Below, piece by piece: positions 45,690-58,127 of a DNA stretch of 64,000 nt. Made by a program: the position numbers and the translations under genes. The notes under the pieces were generated by a model, which was not told the origin of the DNA, made no database searches, and saw nothing but the letters and a program-made list of their open reading frames with translations. The stretch is from Tubiluchus corallicola (taxonomy: Eukaryota > Animalia > Priapulida), in contig JAQGDQ010000053.1 in assembly GCA_030141605.1 (NCBI GenBank), positions 434,001-498,000 on the forward strand. Direction: 5' to 3'. Position 1 is the stretch's first letter. Every line of letters begins with the position of its first letter.

Positions 45690-46180
45690 AACACTAGCAA
45701 AATGTGAAACAGTCACGTAATAATGACACAGTATGAACGTGATAAGTACACTGGTGAACTGTACCAGTGGTGAATAGAAACATTTGTTAAACAGAAAGGT
45801 AAATGATATGGAATGCAGTAGAAAATCTTCACTGGCAAACTGAAACAATTTGTTAAAGGATAAGGTAATAACATAGCAGAAAAACCTTACTGCCAAAATG
45901 TACTACTGGCAAACTGTGTACTGGTGAAACATGACTCTGGCGAAAGGTACCACTGGCAAACAGAAATATTTTGTGAGAAATAATAAGATAATAACATAGC
46001 AGAGAAAGTTTACTACCACTGGCAAACTGTACCACTGACGAACTGTACCACTATACCACTGTTGAACTTTATCACTGACCACTGCTCCACTGGCGAATTG
46101 TGCCACTGGTGAAATGTATCACTGCCAAAGTGTACCACTGGCAATTTTTACCACTAGCAAACTGTCAACTGGCGAACCTC
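45690..46180. repeat. Degenerate tandem array of about 16-bp CACTGGCAAACTGTAC units
   Basis: More than 15 variants of CACTGG(C/T)(A/G)AA, with a longer duplicated block containing TAATAACATAGCAGA at about 45866 and 45989. Confidence 0.8.
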
Positions 46181-46930
46181 TTACAAGGTGGACACCGCTT
46201 AAAATAACTACCAAATATACTTACAATGATGTCATGGTAATTATTATTCCATTAGGTTCGGGAAAAAGAAATAAGATAAGAACTACAATAGAACTCCAAC
46301 AAGGCTTCTGCAATAACAGCAACATGGGACTGTAAATATAGTTTTATTTATCAGATTTACATAAATGTGTGAATACAATTACATGTATGTAACAATTGCT
46401 TTATACAAAACAATAAGAGATTCTCCTCAATTGTAACAAAATACAAGAAACATAAAAATAGCCACTACTAACAATATAATTAAAATAACAAAAATTTGTG
46501 TAAACTAACATTTAAATAAAAGATGACAAATCAAATTACCTGCAAATTTATCTTTTAATTGCCTTTGCACTAGCAAACACAGACATCTATTTTAATAGTT
46601 CCAATAGAAAATTATTAAATTTTAGAAATCATAATCGTATCTAAAAGATCCATTATTGTTTACCATTTCTGTGAAAGTGGTACTGATTCTGGAATGATCA
46701 CTGGCATTCATAAAAGTAATCTTATTATACAATACTCTTGATACCAACTAGTATATACACATTATATTACATCATGACTGTAAAAAGCTGCTGAAAAGCT
46801 ATAATATTTTCTAGAAAGTTGGTATTGTTGCTTTCTTGAAGAAGCGATTCTGTATATATGCACAATGAATACGTTAAATGTAGTTATTGTGTGCACCATC
46901 AAGCTACGTAATTAATAAAGTCCAAATTTA

Positions 46931-49900
46931 TTAGTTTTGCTTGTCTTCCATAGCACAATCATCTACTGAAGCAGAGTTATGAAATATGTTACAATATGAA
47001 GAATCTCTATAATCTACGTATTCTTCAACATCTTCAACTTCATCTCTGGGTCGTTTTAAACCACCTACACATAAGAGTATATACTCAACAACATTATTAA
47101 TGCAGTTACTATATGTGTACAGCCTAATTTAGTAAAAAATAAAACAAAATATAAAATAGGAAAAAAAAAGTCAGACAATGTAGAAAAAACTACAGTCGAA
47201 CAGTTATACCACCCCCGTTGTAATGTCAGCCTCGCCATAACACCAACTATATTGCCCTGTCCCGATTTCCATAATATATTAAATATAGGGAATACTGCCA
47301 ACCTCGCCTACCGCCATCCGCCAACGTATGTGCTTCGCCAAAAGTCCATTTCACATACTGAATCAACCCCGTAATAATGCCAACCAAGATAAAGCACAAT
47401 GAATTACTGCACGACTGAAACTGCATATTGGTGGTTTGCATTTTGAGAAAATTATTGAAATTGTTTTTGTGGCCAGAAATAGGTCAACCCAAGGTATGCT
47501 GCAGGAGACAGCTCTCATGTCGCACTTTCAAATTTTTTTTGGTCTGTTAACTTATTAAGGACTAGCAATAACAGAAATGTGACTGTGCTTAACTCACTTG
47601 ATAATGCATTGCCAATAGTTGCCAGTCTAGCCCTGTAGATTGGTTCATATTCCTAAAAAAATAATAAATCAGGCCTATTAAACTACAGATCAAAATCTTG
47701 TGCATTTGGGAATTATAATAGATGATTCATAACAATTTATTTTTTTACCAGTTAGGAATTACGATTGTGAATCAAAATGAATTTCCTTTTTCTTTGGTTG
47801 ATTCAGTTTTTTTCCTCTCCACAGATTAATGGTCATATTGTCTAAAACTGTGTTTTTGTTCCATACACAATTACAGAAATTCATATGCCATTGATTATAA
47901 ATTGATTATTTTCCAAAAGAAAAGTGGATATGTGGCAACCACTTAGAAATGCCATGTAATAAAAAATTCATTTAAAATATCTCTTGGCATTTTCACAAAG
48001 CCTCATGCACTTTAGAAGAAATGGATGCCCAGCATGTTCTTTAGCTGTTTACACTAACTACCAAATTGAAAACAACCATGTCAACCTTTAATGCAAAATC
48101 AATATCGAAGTTTTTTGCTGTAGAAAAATTTTCTCTCACAAAAACTTTAGATATTTTAAAAGACGTGATAATCAAAGAGTGGATTAAGACTCCCACAATT
48201 TTAGGCAGCAAGATTTGCAATGTTTCACAGAAATAATGCATTTTTGCGCAACAGCATTGTGCGTCAGCACTGGCATACAAAGGTCTCAGTGTTTGGTATC
48301 CAAATAGCTGAGCCCAAATGACCTATTCGCTTTCCAAAGACTAAGAAATAAATTAATCTCCTATTCAATGGCATTTTGTAAATTTGGTTCAATGATGTAT
48401 GTGTGTTAAATTACAAGGTAAAGGTAAAACATTTTACTATACGTTACACAGCATTTTGATGACTGCTTGATAATTGTTTTTTGCAGACAAAGTATAAAAT
48501 AGTTACCATTAACTGTCGTAAAAAACCCTCGTTGGGATATATGCAGAACCTCTTCTCTTGCACTTGGTGTAAAGCATCACTGTAAAAGGCATAAGTTCGG
48601 AATGAAAAAGAAAGCAAGTTACGCGTATACATATCAGTGTTTCAATGCAAAAACGTTTCCATTTATGGGCATGCAAAACAAATACCAGTCAATCAATCTG
48701 CTAAATTTAAAAAAAAAGGTAAAAGGTTCTAAAACAATGTTATTATCGTCTCCTAATTTATGCACAGTATTTCTGCTTTATCATAACATTAAGATCCAGG
48801 TAGAACAAGTTTTCAACAAATGCATTTGTAAACATTTGGATAATAAAAACATTTAATTCGAAATACCTGTAAGACATTTCGTATCTTTCCATGACATATC
48901 CAATTACCAATGCCGCACTAAAACAAGACATCGCAAAATATTAAATAAAAGGCAATAAATTACATCCACAAAATTAATCTATGATATAATAGAACTTGTA
49001 TATGGAAATTTTGTTGTATTAGGTTCAATCTATACAGATAATTCAAATCTGTGAGAAGTTATGGAAGCAACTGGGAAATTTGGTGACAGAAGGTAACTTT
49101 AAATTGGTGACTCAATGTTAGGGAGAATTTTTTTCTTGAATCATGAGTTTGGAAAACTGCAACTTTTTGTGACAACAAACTCACTAGTTTGGTTTATGAG
49201 CAGGGTATTTTTGCTATTATTGCAGAATCATATAACAAAATGTGTAATAAAATCCACTAACTAAAAATTACAAAGACCAAGGAAAATTAGTAGATGAGGC
49301 ACACTGGATCATGAGAAATACGCAATGTACATGTAGCACTTTGTGAGATAAGCGAAAAGGTCGTTCAAATTTCGGGAATATTTTATTTGAGGTTATCAAT
49401 CTGACAATTTTTTATTTCACTTCTGATGTGCCTTGAAACAGAATTTCATTCAAACATTTAGAACTCTGAATGGTATCAAGTGTTTAACTCTAGAGGTATT
49501 TAACTCTATACATGTGCCAAAACAATGGGCCATCTGTATAAAGTAAATGTAAACTGTTTGTTTAAAAACGGGGGATATGAAAAAAGATAACACCTTTCTG
49601 CTGCCTCTGTTTGCAAATGGTTGAATTAGGGAACTAAAGACATTTCTGAAGCTATTGCAGTCCCAACATTTAAGCTTCTCTAAACCAGCAAAGGTTAAAC
49701 CATCCAGGTAATACAGTGATTGTAAACTATGACATGCAAAGAAGACAAAAAATGACTGAGAAAGTAAAAAGCACATGGTATTTAAGATGCAACTTAATGA
49801 CTTAAGTTGAAACCATAAAAAATTCTTCCAAGACATTGACCTTAATGAGGTAGGATTCCCAGTTAGCGCTACGGAAATTGTGCATCAAGTGAGTAAAGAA

Positions 49901-52900
49901 ATTTCATCTAATGTTATATCACAGAAGCAACTTTGCATGAGTAGTTAAATGGTTAAAGTATTTTTCATTCAGATAATTCATTTGAATAGTTCAGAACTTG
50001 GACAGATGGTACATAGGGTGTAGTATCACTTTCGAGTCCGGAGGATTGAGTGAAACACAAAAAACTAATGCAAAAATACAGTGAGTATAAAAAATTATCG
50101 CAATTTCGTGTTATTCTTATTCTTACTCTTATTTTGTCATTGCCACCATCGCCACCACTGTCGTTATTGTTGCAGTTGTTACTATTGTCATCATTATTTA
50201 TCTCCTCTTCATTATCATCATCGCACCATTATCATTAATATGTGCACAAAAGTACAGTAGGCACTGCTTAATTGACTCACAGTTAATAGACTCAAACGCT
50301 TAATTGACTCAAAAACGCCTAGAATGGGCCGCTTCTATTCAATATGCATAAAATCTACTGGTAATTGACACGAATAACTCTGCATAATTGACTCAATATT
50401 TTTCCTTCACTTACTTAAAATAAGATATTTGTATGTGCCAAAAGAACCTTTCCTACTTTCATGTCATCTTTACTTCCCGTTTGTGCACTACGTATACAGA
50501 AACAATCATGTTAAGAACCGTTTTGTTTATAAGCAGGTACGTTTATCATGCACTAATATGCTAGCGTAGTGGTTTTGCTTTGAATCTGTTACCACTGTTA
50601 CCAAAAGAATTTCTACAAGCTAAACATTTAATCACTTCCCTAGCGGTTTCCTTTTGATGCTCTCGTTGCAAATTACTTTCAGGCTTAATGAGTTAACAGT
50701 CAAAGATGCAGATACAATAATCAGCCGATATTCCTTGACTTACAAGAGTAAACATCGTACAGCAAATAAAGGCAATGTAAGTGAGCAGATGATTCAGAAC
50801 TGTTTTAGTCACACACAACAACAGATTTTCAATGTTTTTATAATTACGAGAACTTTGCGGGCCAACTTCTTCGCGGGAAAATGAAACAGCCCACTTTGAA
50901 GGAATTTTTGTAGTTTTTGCAAATAAACAGACTTAGACAAGTCTGTGATTTAGAAAAGTATTACTTTTTAGTTTAAGTCTGTGATTTAGAAAGGTATTAC
51001 TTTTTAATTTATTGCTAATTCACTTATATAAGTTAATATTTTAAAACATTTTTTCTAATTTTTAACTGCACAAAGGAATTTAGGCATTACTTCATTTCTA
51101 AAATTCATTAAAAACCTTTGCAGTGCATAGTAAGCTGATGACTCATACTTCTATTCCTGAAATACTACACCCATCGGTTAATAGGTTCAGTTGGTTAATT
51201 GGGTCAAAACACGTTGGTCCCAAAGTGAGTCTATTAAACGGCTCACTACCTACTGTATATGTATAATGCTCAACAATACTTTTACCTTCTGGAAATTCCT
51301 CCATTTCCATGAATTAGTGCTTTGCCTGAAATGAGGCAGATCTTCAGCAAATTCACTTTTAACCAAAAGCATTTAAATTAATGTTAATTTTTAAGGTTTA
51401 AAGTCATGATGCAAGCACTAAATAGGTGTTAACAGCTACTTTAATAATATAAAAGAAACTTCAAACAAATCATAAAATAATGTCTCTGTGTTTACCATTG
51501 GAAGCTAAACAGTTATCCAGAAATTTTTTCACCTAGAAAAATATAAAAAAATTCGATAAACAATTTAATAACACAAGCCATTCCATTGCAGACCCCTGAA
51601 GCTGTAGTGCTTGAGCAGGCATCATACATTTTCTGAAAGTTGTCATCCTGTACTTTATGTCATATAAGAATTTGTTTTTAATTATAACAGTACGTCTTGA
51701 ATTCAAAATACAAATTTACCAGCTAAATGAATTTATATCAATGGTGTAGAAATAAAGGCTGGCTATTGCAAATTGTGCCCACACTTCAGTTAAATTATTT
51801 ATCTATTGGCACTTACTTACATTAAAGTAATTTATACTGACTGCAACTTATTCCAACATACAAATAAATAATGCTACTTACTCGTGGGAAATGTTGAATA
51901 ATATTTTCAGTGACTGAATCTGCTATATCAAGTACCAAATACCTAAAACAGCAAGAATCAGGAAATATGTAAATTAATTAAAGACAAGCAAAATTATACT
52001 AACAGTCAAACAAGACTAAAACAATAGAAAAATAGAAAAGCATTTTTTGTTTATAAGTAACAGTCATAATTAAGAAACTTAAAAAAATTAAATAAATTTT
52101 TAGTTGATAATATTGCTATATCATTGCGCAATAAAACTACTGCAAAAACATAAAAGATGTGAGGCAGGGCAGTAAAATTCCCCAAAACAAGTTTATATTG
52201 AGAAAAAACTTTACTTGAAAATATCAACAAAATTAGGTCGAATGAAGTTAGCTTCCACAGAATGTCGAACACAAACAATGTGTGTAATATTGTTTTCCAA
52301 TAGTCTTTCCTTTTTGGTCTTCATGGCAGCAGAATATGGTCCCAGAAAGATTCCTGGTACAATTTCTTGCATGTCTCGACGCATCTCGTATGACCAGCAC
52401 TAAATACAAGGCAAAATCATCATTTATTTGATTATTCAAAGGTACTAACATGTAGCAATTATTTCTGAAAAAGTAATTTTAGGTAACAACTATTATAGAA
52501 TGCTCAGCCAGAAATCTAAGTTTTCTAAGAAATACAATCATCAGTCAGAGAATGTAAGTGACAAAATATTGTTTATTCACAATTAGACATTTTCAATTCC
52601 AGCAAAACCCAAGGTTTTAAAAAATCACAAACATTACAAGAAACTGTTTTATCAGTTAGTTCTCTTCACTGCAATTGGGGTGAATTTGATTTGTAATCCA
52701 GCTTCATTAAAATATGGTATGTGGATTTTTTGAGTTTTTATTGCAGTTTGCGCTGCATACTGGTAAACAATAGCCTGATATATATTCAAAAGGTAAAAGA
52801 GAATTCACAGTAATTTAAACACATTTCACTGGCAAGAAGCTACCGCAGCACCAGTGTTTTATAAACTCAGTAGCTCAAGCTTTACTAGTTTTTTACGTCT

Positions 52901-53229
52901 CTATATAAAATGCAAATTTATTAATATAACTTGCCTAAAATTCCTTCCTGCTGATAGGCTGTTAATATTTCTGGTGATACGTGGCACCAACTTGCACTAC
53001 AGACTTAGAAGCTAGTGTATGCATGAACTCTGCATACAAAGGGGCTATACATAAGGATGATATAAAATTTCACCAGTTTTTCAAGCTTTATATAAAAAGT
53101 CACTTCGCTGTTCTCCTTTAAAAAATAGATACTAACCACGTCGGCATCACTTCTGCTGTTATAAAAAGCTCTCCCAGAAAGGTCTTGGAGTACAGAGCAA
53201 TAATTATCCTGCGGAATGTCTGCTGTCAT
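46931..53229 (-). CDS. STYX: Serine/threonine/tyrosine-interacting protein (STYX pseudophosphatase), 9 coding exons, 242 aa
   Basis: Exons (minus): 53229-53137, 52399-52215, 51942-51882, 51532-51496, 51325-51286, 48917-48867, 48579-48507, 47652-47598, 47064-46931; total 729 nt, all GT-AG and in phase. Motifs WSYEMRRDMQEIVPGIFLGPYSAAMK, EANFIRPNF, YLVLDIADS.TENII, HGNGGISRSAA, VQEKRFCIYPNEGF..QL.EYEPIY, GLKRP. Confidence 0.95.
50255..51255. mobile_element. Tc1/mariner-superfamily (pogo/Tigger-like) MITE in STYX intron 5
   Basis: TA|CAGTAGG..CCTACTG|TA ends with repeated TTAAT(T/A)GACTCA subterminal motifs, inverted at the right end. Confidence 0.75.
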
Positions 53230-53599
53230 ATTTTTACACCTGAGGCTGCCAACTATATGACTAACATAATTGTAATAATAATTTCCTTATACTATGTGTA
53301 ATCCATTTGGAAGATGTTTTGGCATTCAGCGATGAAATACAATCTAAAAAAATAAATAAAAATCAAATGTATCCAAAATGTAAAACAAATATATACTAAA
53401 AGCATATTTAAATGCACACGCACTACAAAATTAAAAATTAATGGTGACATTAATAAAGCAACCATAAGGAACAGATGAAACTTTCTAGACCAAAAAGTGT
53501 ATTATATGTGAGTTAGATAACACTACCCTTCTTGTCACAGTCTGCCATCCAATTAAATACCTACAATTTTATTTTATTAATCACAGAAAAAGGAACCTA

Positions 53600-54480
53600 T
53601 GATATAAGTATAGGAAAAAGAAATGAAAGAAATTGGTTGCACGGAAACGGAAATTATGAGTTGGAGTGACAGAAGTGAAGTTGGATATCAGTGAATGAAA
53701 ATTAGATTAACAGTTTATGAAACAATGGCTATTCCCACTATATTAACATAAGTGAAAATAAATGGCAAAAAATAGAATCTTGGCAAAAGGATCGTGAAAT
53801 ATTGAAACGAAGAATAAGTACAAGGTACAGGGATATGTTACTAAACGAGGAATGTGGCCACGAAACAGTGGGTGCATTATAAGCAGATTATGTGATTAAG
53901 AGCTTTACATGTGTCAGCAAAAGATAAAGATGCAAAGAAAGTGTTAATGAGCGTGCAAAAAAAGTAAAGTGCCAGGTAAAGTGTAGGGCAGACAATACAG
54001 AGAAACTTGCTTGTACATATAACTTGAACATAGCAGAAAATAAGTTAAAACTGGAAACCAATCTAAAGGGGAAAAAAAGTTAAAGATCATCAAAGATAAT
54101 TGCCAAAAACAAAATTATGATTTCTAAGAAGTAGAATGGGTAGTGGAAAAAACTAATGAAATACTTAGAAGAGTGTGATGAAAGAACTCCATGTGAAATA
54201 ACGGAGTGGAAACTTACTATGTTTAGAGTGAAAGCAAATTACAGAAATAAATTTAAGTTAGGTACTGCCTGCCCGCTTTGTGATAATGAAGAGAAGGGTA
54301 TAGACATATTGGGAGAAAGAGCCAACAACCCAAAATTACTTCTATAGTGATTATACCGATAAACTGATTGAATTAAATGAGAGCATATAAAAAATGATGT
54401 GCTAAGAAAGAAATACGGAGCCGGTCTAGAGATTTAGATAACAAGGAAAAACAAGCTACAAAGATAAAAACGAGGACTAG
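53600..54480 (+). mobile_element. Decayed non-LTR retrotransposon C-terminal remnant
   Basis: Purine-rich coding-like strand with MFRVKANYRNK..CPLC.NEE, resembling the C-terminal zinc knuckle of LINE ORF2. Confidence 0.45.
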
Positions 54481-54709
54481 GAAAAAATTTGCATTATTAA
54501 GAAAAGAAGGGCTTCCCCAAAAGTGTGTACTGGAAATAGTAGAAAGGCCACAAATGGTCGTGTTATTAGTGTTATTACTGTAACAGTAACAACTACTGTG
54601 CTGAAGAAAGGCCATGTTATATTAGTATTACTAATTTACTGTAACAACGTAAGTTCTATTGCTCCTAATGCTAGATTTGGTTGAAGTTGCTGAACATCTT
54701 TATTTATAT

Positions 54710-54930
54710 GTTGTTTTAAAGATAAGATGGCCATACATAATTAAAAATGAAGATTTATGCTCTAGAATAAAAGAAATTCCTACTAGTCCTAGGAGTTCAG
54801 AAGTCATGCTCCGAAGATTAAGATGGCTAGGACACCTTGTCCACGTGAAACATCAATAAGACTTGCCTTAAAAGTTAAAACCTTGCAAAAAACCTCATGG
54901 CAAAACAGAAACAAATTGAATAGCTAAGAT
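54710..54930 (+). mobile_element. RTE-clade LINE fragment
   Basis: LKIRWPYIIKNEDL..RRLRWLGHL in ORF 54659-54859. Confidence 0.65.
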
Positions 54931-55632
54931 AAATAATGTACGATCACCATTGCTTTCTTCTGTTGCTCTAAACATCTATTGTACTTTTAGTTGTAGACAT
55001 TCAGCCTATACCCTTTATTACAGCACCTCACTGTTTCCTATCTGCAGCTAAAATTTTCAACTCAATTTGTTTTTAGGAATAGTTTCTTGCTGGTTAGAAT
55101 TGATTTATTTTGGATAAAACCATACATTGTTTCCCATTTTAGATATCATCTTATAATAATCACTGCAAAAGGGGAAATAAGTTTGGCGCAATAACAGAAA
55201 TCTGTGCAAACGATGTTAGCTGTTTTTCCTAAGATTAATTTAGTTTTGCTTTTTCTCTCAGATGTGTGCACTGCTTCACCATTAAGGGCTGGACAATCTG
55301 ATCGGTTCTTTGACCAAAGTTCGTGGCTTTCTGTTCAGTGTTCACATACCAAATAAATAATTTAGACAATTCGGTTAAAAACATTACTTCTGCCAAAAAA
55401 TTAAAGAAAAACAACAAATCTTCAACTAGTACTTCATGGTTTTTTCCTTCCCTTTAATCTTTGTCATCGTCTGTAATATAATCATTATTCTGTTAATTTC
55501 GGTTTTAGGTTTATGTACCATCAGCAATCACAGCACGATGCAAGCCACCTTGTACTGGCATAAAGTACGCATTTAATTGTATTATTAATTTTATCATTTT
55601 ACTGAATTCTCACATTTATTACACATTGACAT

Positions 55633-55987
55633 TAGAGGTGAGCATCGAATGTTCGAATTCGATTCGAACAAGCTGTGTTAATTCAAATTCAGCACTTTAG
55701 CCACATACGTTTTTTATCATTAAAATGTTTGAAACAGATATTCAATTAGCACAATTTACCTGCAGTTTCTGTGCAAATTTTTTAACAAACTAATAGTTGT
55801 TTTACTGCAGATCAAAATCATACATGATTTTTGTAAGACTACTTTTTAATACTGGTTTAACACTTGTTCGAAAATCTTTCAAACTCAATTCGAATTCGAA
55901 ATACTAAACTTCGGTTTAATTCAAATTCGAAAATCACTAATTTGATTCGATTCGAATTCGCTTTTTGTTAGGGAGTGCTCACCTCTA
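55633..55987. mobile_element. hAT-type MITE
   Basis: 12-bp TIR TAGAGGTGAGCA; 8-bp TSD ATTGACAT/ATGGACAT; TTCGAA-rich subtermini. Related fragments at 2930-3090 and, inverted, at about 57260-57380. Confidence 0.85.
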
Positions 55988-57419
55988 ATGGACATGGTTG
56001 CACATTGTTGTTATCATAACAACTATAATTCTCACTTCTTCTTGTGTTTTCTCATTTTAGCCATAACATTTTTTACTTATTCCTTTTTTTGGTATATTTT
56101 TGTACATAGACTCCCCTCCTTGTTTCTATAATACATTCAGCCATTCTTACAAGCTATTATAAGCTTCTTGAACTGCTCCAATACCTATTATCATAATAAT
56201 CATAAATGGATACTAATTGTAATCATTGTACTTATTAGCTTGAGCTAAAATTGTGCAATGATGTACGGGTACGTAAAATGTATGTTACCAATATAATGAT
56301 GTGAAATAAATAAATTGAAAAATTTAATTGAACTTTTCAAAAGCCCGAGAACCAAAATGGCTTGAAAGTCTGGCGAGTTTGAAAGTGTTTTAATCCCATC
56401 AAGAGACAGTTAGGATGAATGATACAGTTATTGAGCAGATATTGATTTTCATTATTAATTAACTCATTCAAGACCTGAATTAAGCATTTGCTGTATTTTG
56501 CTTGGGTTCATGAAAAACTACTTTAACTATAAGCAGCGATTGTGTCATATTATTTTGATAATTTTGGCAGGTTTCTATTCCCCACACAATGGATTTTCAG
56601 GCAAAATTATTGGTGAAATGCATTTGCTTACCTAAGACAAATTAAAAATTGATTTTGATCAAAAAATTGAAAAAAGTTTCAGTAACTGCATGCTGTGTTT
56701 GCCCTGTAACAATGTATGGTATCACTTGTGCGAAACTGACTAATGCAGAAAATTTCAACTATCCAGATGCAATTAACACTCCCATACACTTTGGCCTCAA
56801 GCCTACTCTATTTTTAAGGAGAAGTTCTTATTAAAATTTCTCATTGGCTGAGCGGTTGGCTTTCCTCAAATTCTGTGCAGCAGATGGTCCTCTTGGACAG
56901 TAGCAAGCATGCGATTAATAAAATAGTGTGTACGATCAGACTAAGCTGTTCAATAGGATGTTGGAGTGCCTGAAATAAGTCCGTGTTTCTTAATTTTATC
57001 CAAATAAATCGCTTATAACTGTTTAAACAATTGGATAGCCAGTGTTCACTTAAAATAGAACAACATTTAATTTGTTATCATTTAGCTATGTCTGTGCTCA
57101 TGCAGTAGCAGAAAAGTCATAGGCCTTATAATACCTATTTTGAATGGCGCGGTCCTGAAGCAAAATCAAAGCCAATTTGTCTTGTATATGATTATATATT
57201 ATAATTTATAAACTATAAAAATTATGTGACTTGAAAAACTGGGTACAGAAATCGCAGCTACAATGTGCTAATTGCATGCTGTTTCAAATGTATTAATGTT
57301 AAAGAACGTATTTAGCTGAATTGTTAAATTGTTCGAATCTATAATTAATCGAATCAAAATAAAAAAGCTTGTTCGAATCTAATATGGCTGGTGAAAATAA
57401 AAGTAATATTAATAATACC

Positions 57420-57570
57420 CACTTGATCTTAACTCGCAGTATATTTCAATACACTTTCTGCACGAGTTTGTGATCCACTTTTGTTGTGCAACTCAGATGA
57501 AGGAGGCGGCAAGACAAAGGGAGAGCTAATTGGACGTCAGGAGAGGACCCCTGTTGGCTGATTGATGTTT
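57420..57570 (-). promoter_or_regulatory. Candidate STYX promoter and first non-coding exon
   Basis: Local GC/CpG rise with CCAAT and CRE-like TGACGTC on the minus strand (about 57529-57539) and a donor AA|GTGGGT near 57422. The STYX ATG exon has an upstream acceptor at 53343. Confidence 0.35.
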
Positions 57571-58003
57571 CGCTATCTATGTATTAGAGCATTTTAGCCA
57601 ACAGTGACTGGTATTTATATGCATAACAGACAAGAAATTTGCCTTTAAAACTATAATAAATGATGTGCCTAAATTAATGTTCTAAAGGCATATCTGCACC
57701 AAAAGTATACAACCCATGCTATGTGAGCTACATTTTTGGGAATAATTAAAACAAATTATTCTATCTGCACTAGTAGTGTGCGGTGTATGTGCTCCAAGCA
57801 ACAGTTGCATGTGTTTTTTTTTAAATAGAAATTGTTTCTAATTTGGTTGCGTGTTTTTCTGTCAGCGGCAAAACTTTGTTACCAAAAATATGCGGCGACA
57901 AACTCTTGTTAGAGGTGCAAGGTTATCCCCCTGTTGTACGGCTGCTCCACAAAACAGCTTATAACAATACAGATTAAAAAATAGCATATAAACTGCTTAT
58001 TGA

Positions 58004-58004
58004 A

Positions 58005-58076
<72 letters not shown>

Positions 58077-58077
58077 G

Positions 58078-58118
<41 letters not shown>

Positions 58119-58122
58119 CCTC
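58004..58122. repeat. (CT)n microsatellite
   Basis: About 120 bp of CT repeat. Confidence 0.95.
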
Positions 58123-58127
58123 TATTA

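Noticed and set aside
45690-46180. CRISPR-like array
   Set aside because: Eukaryotic context, degenerate abutting units, no unique constant-length spacers, no cas genes.
49938-50060. Possible SINE head in STYX intron 5
   Set aside because: Only a weak A-box resemblance and no second copy in the window.
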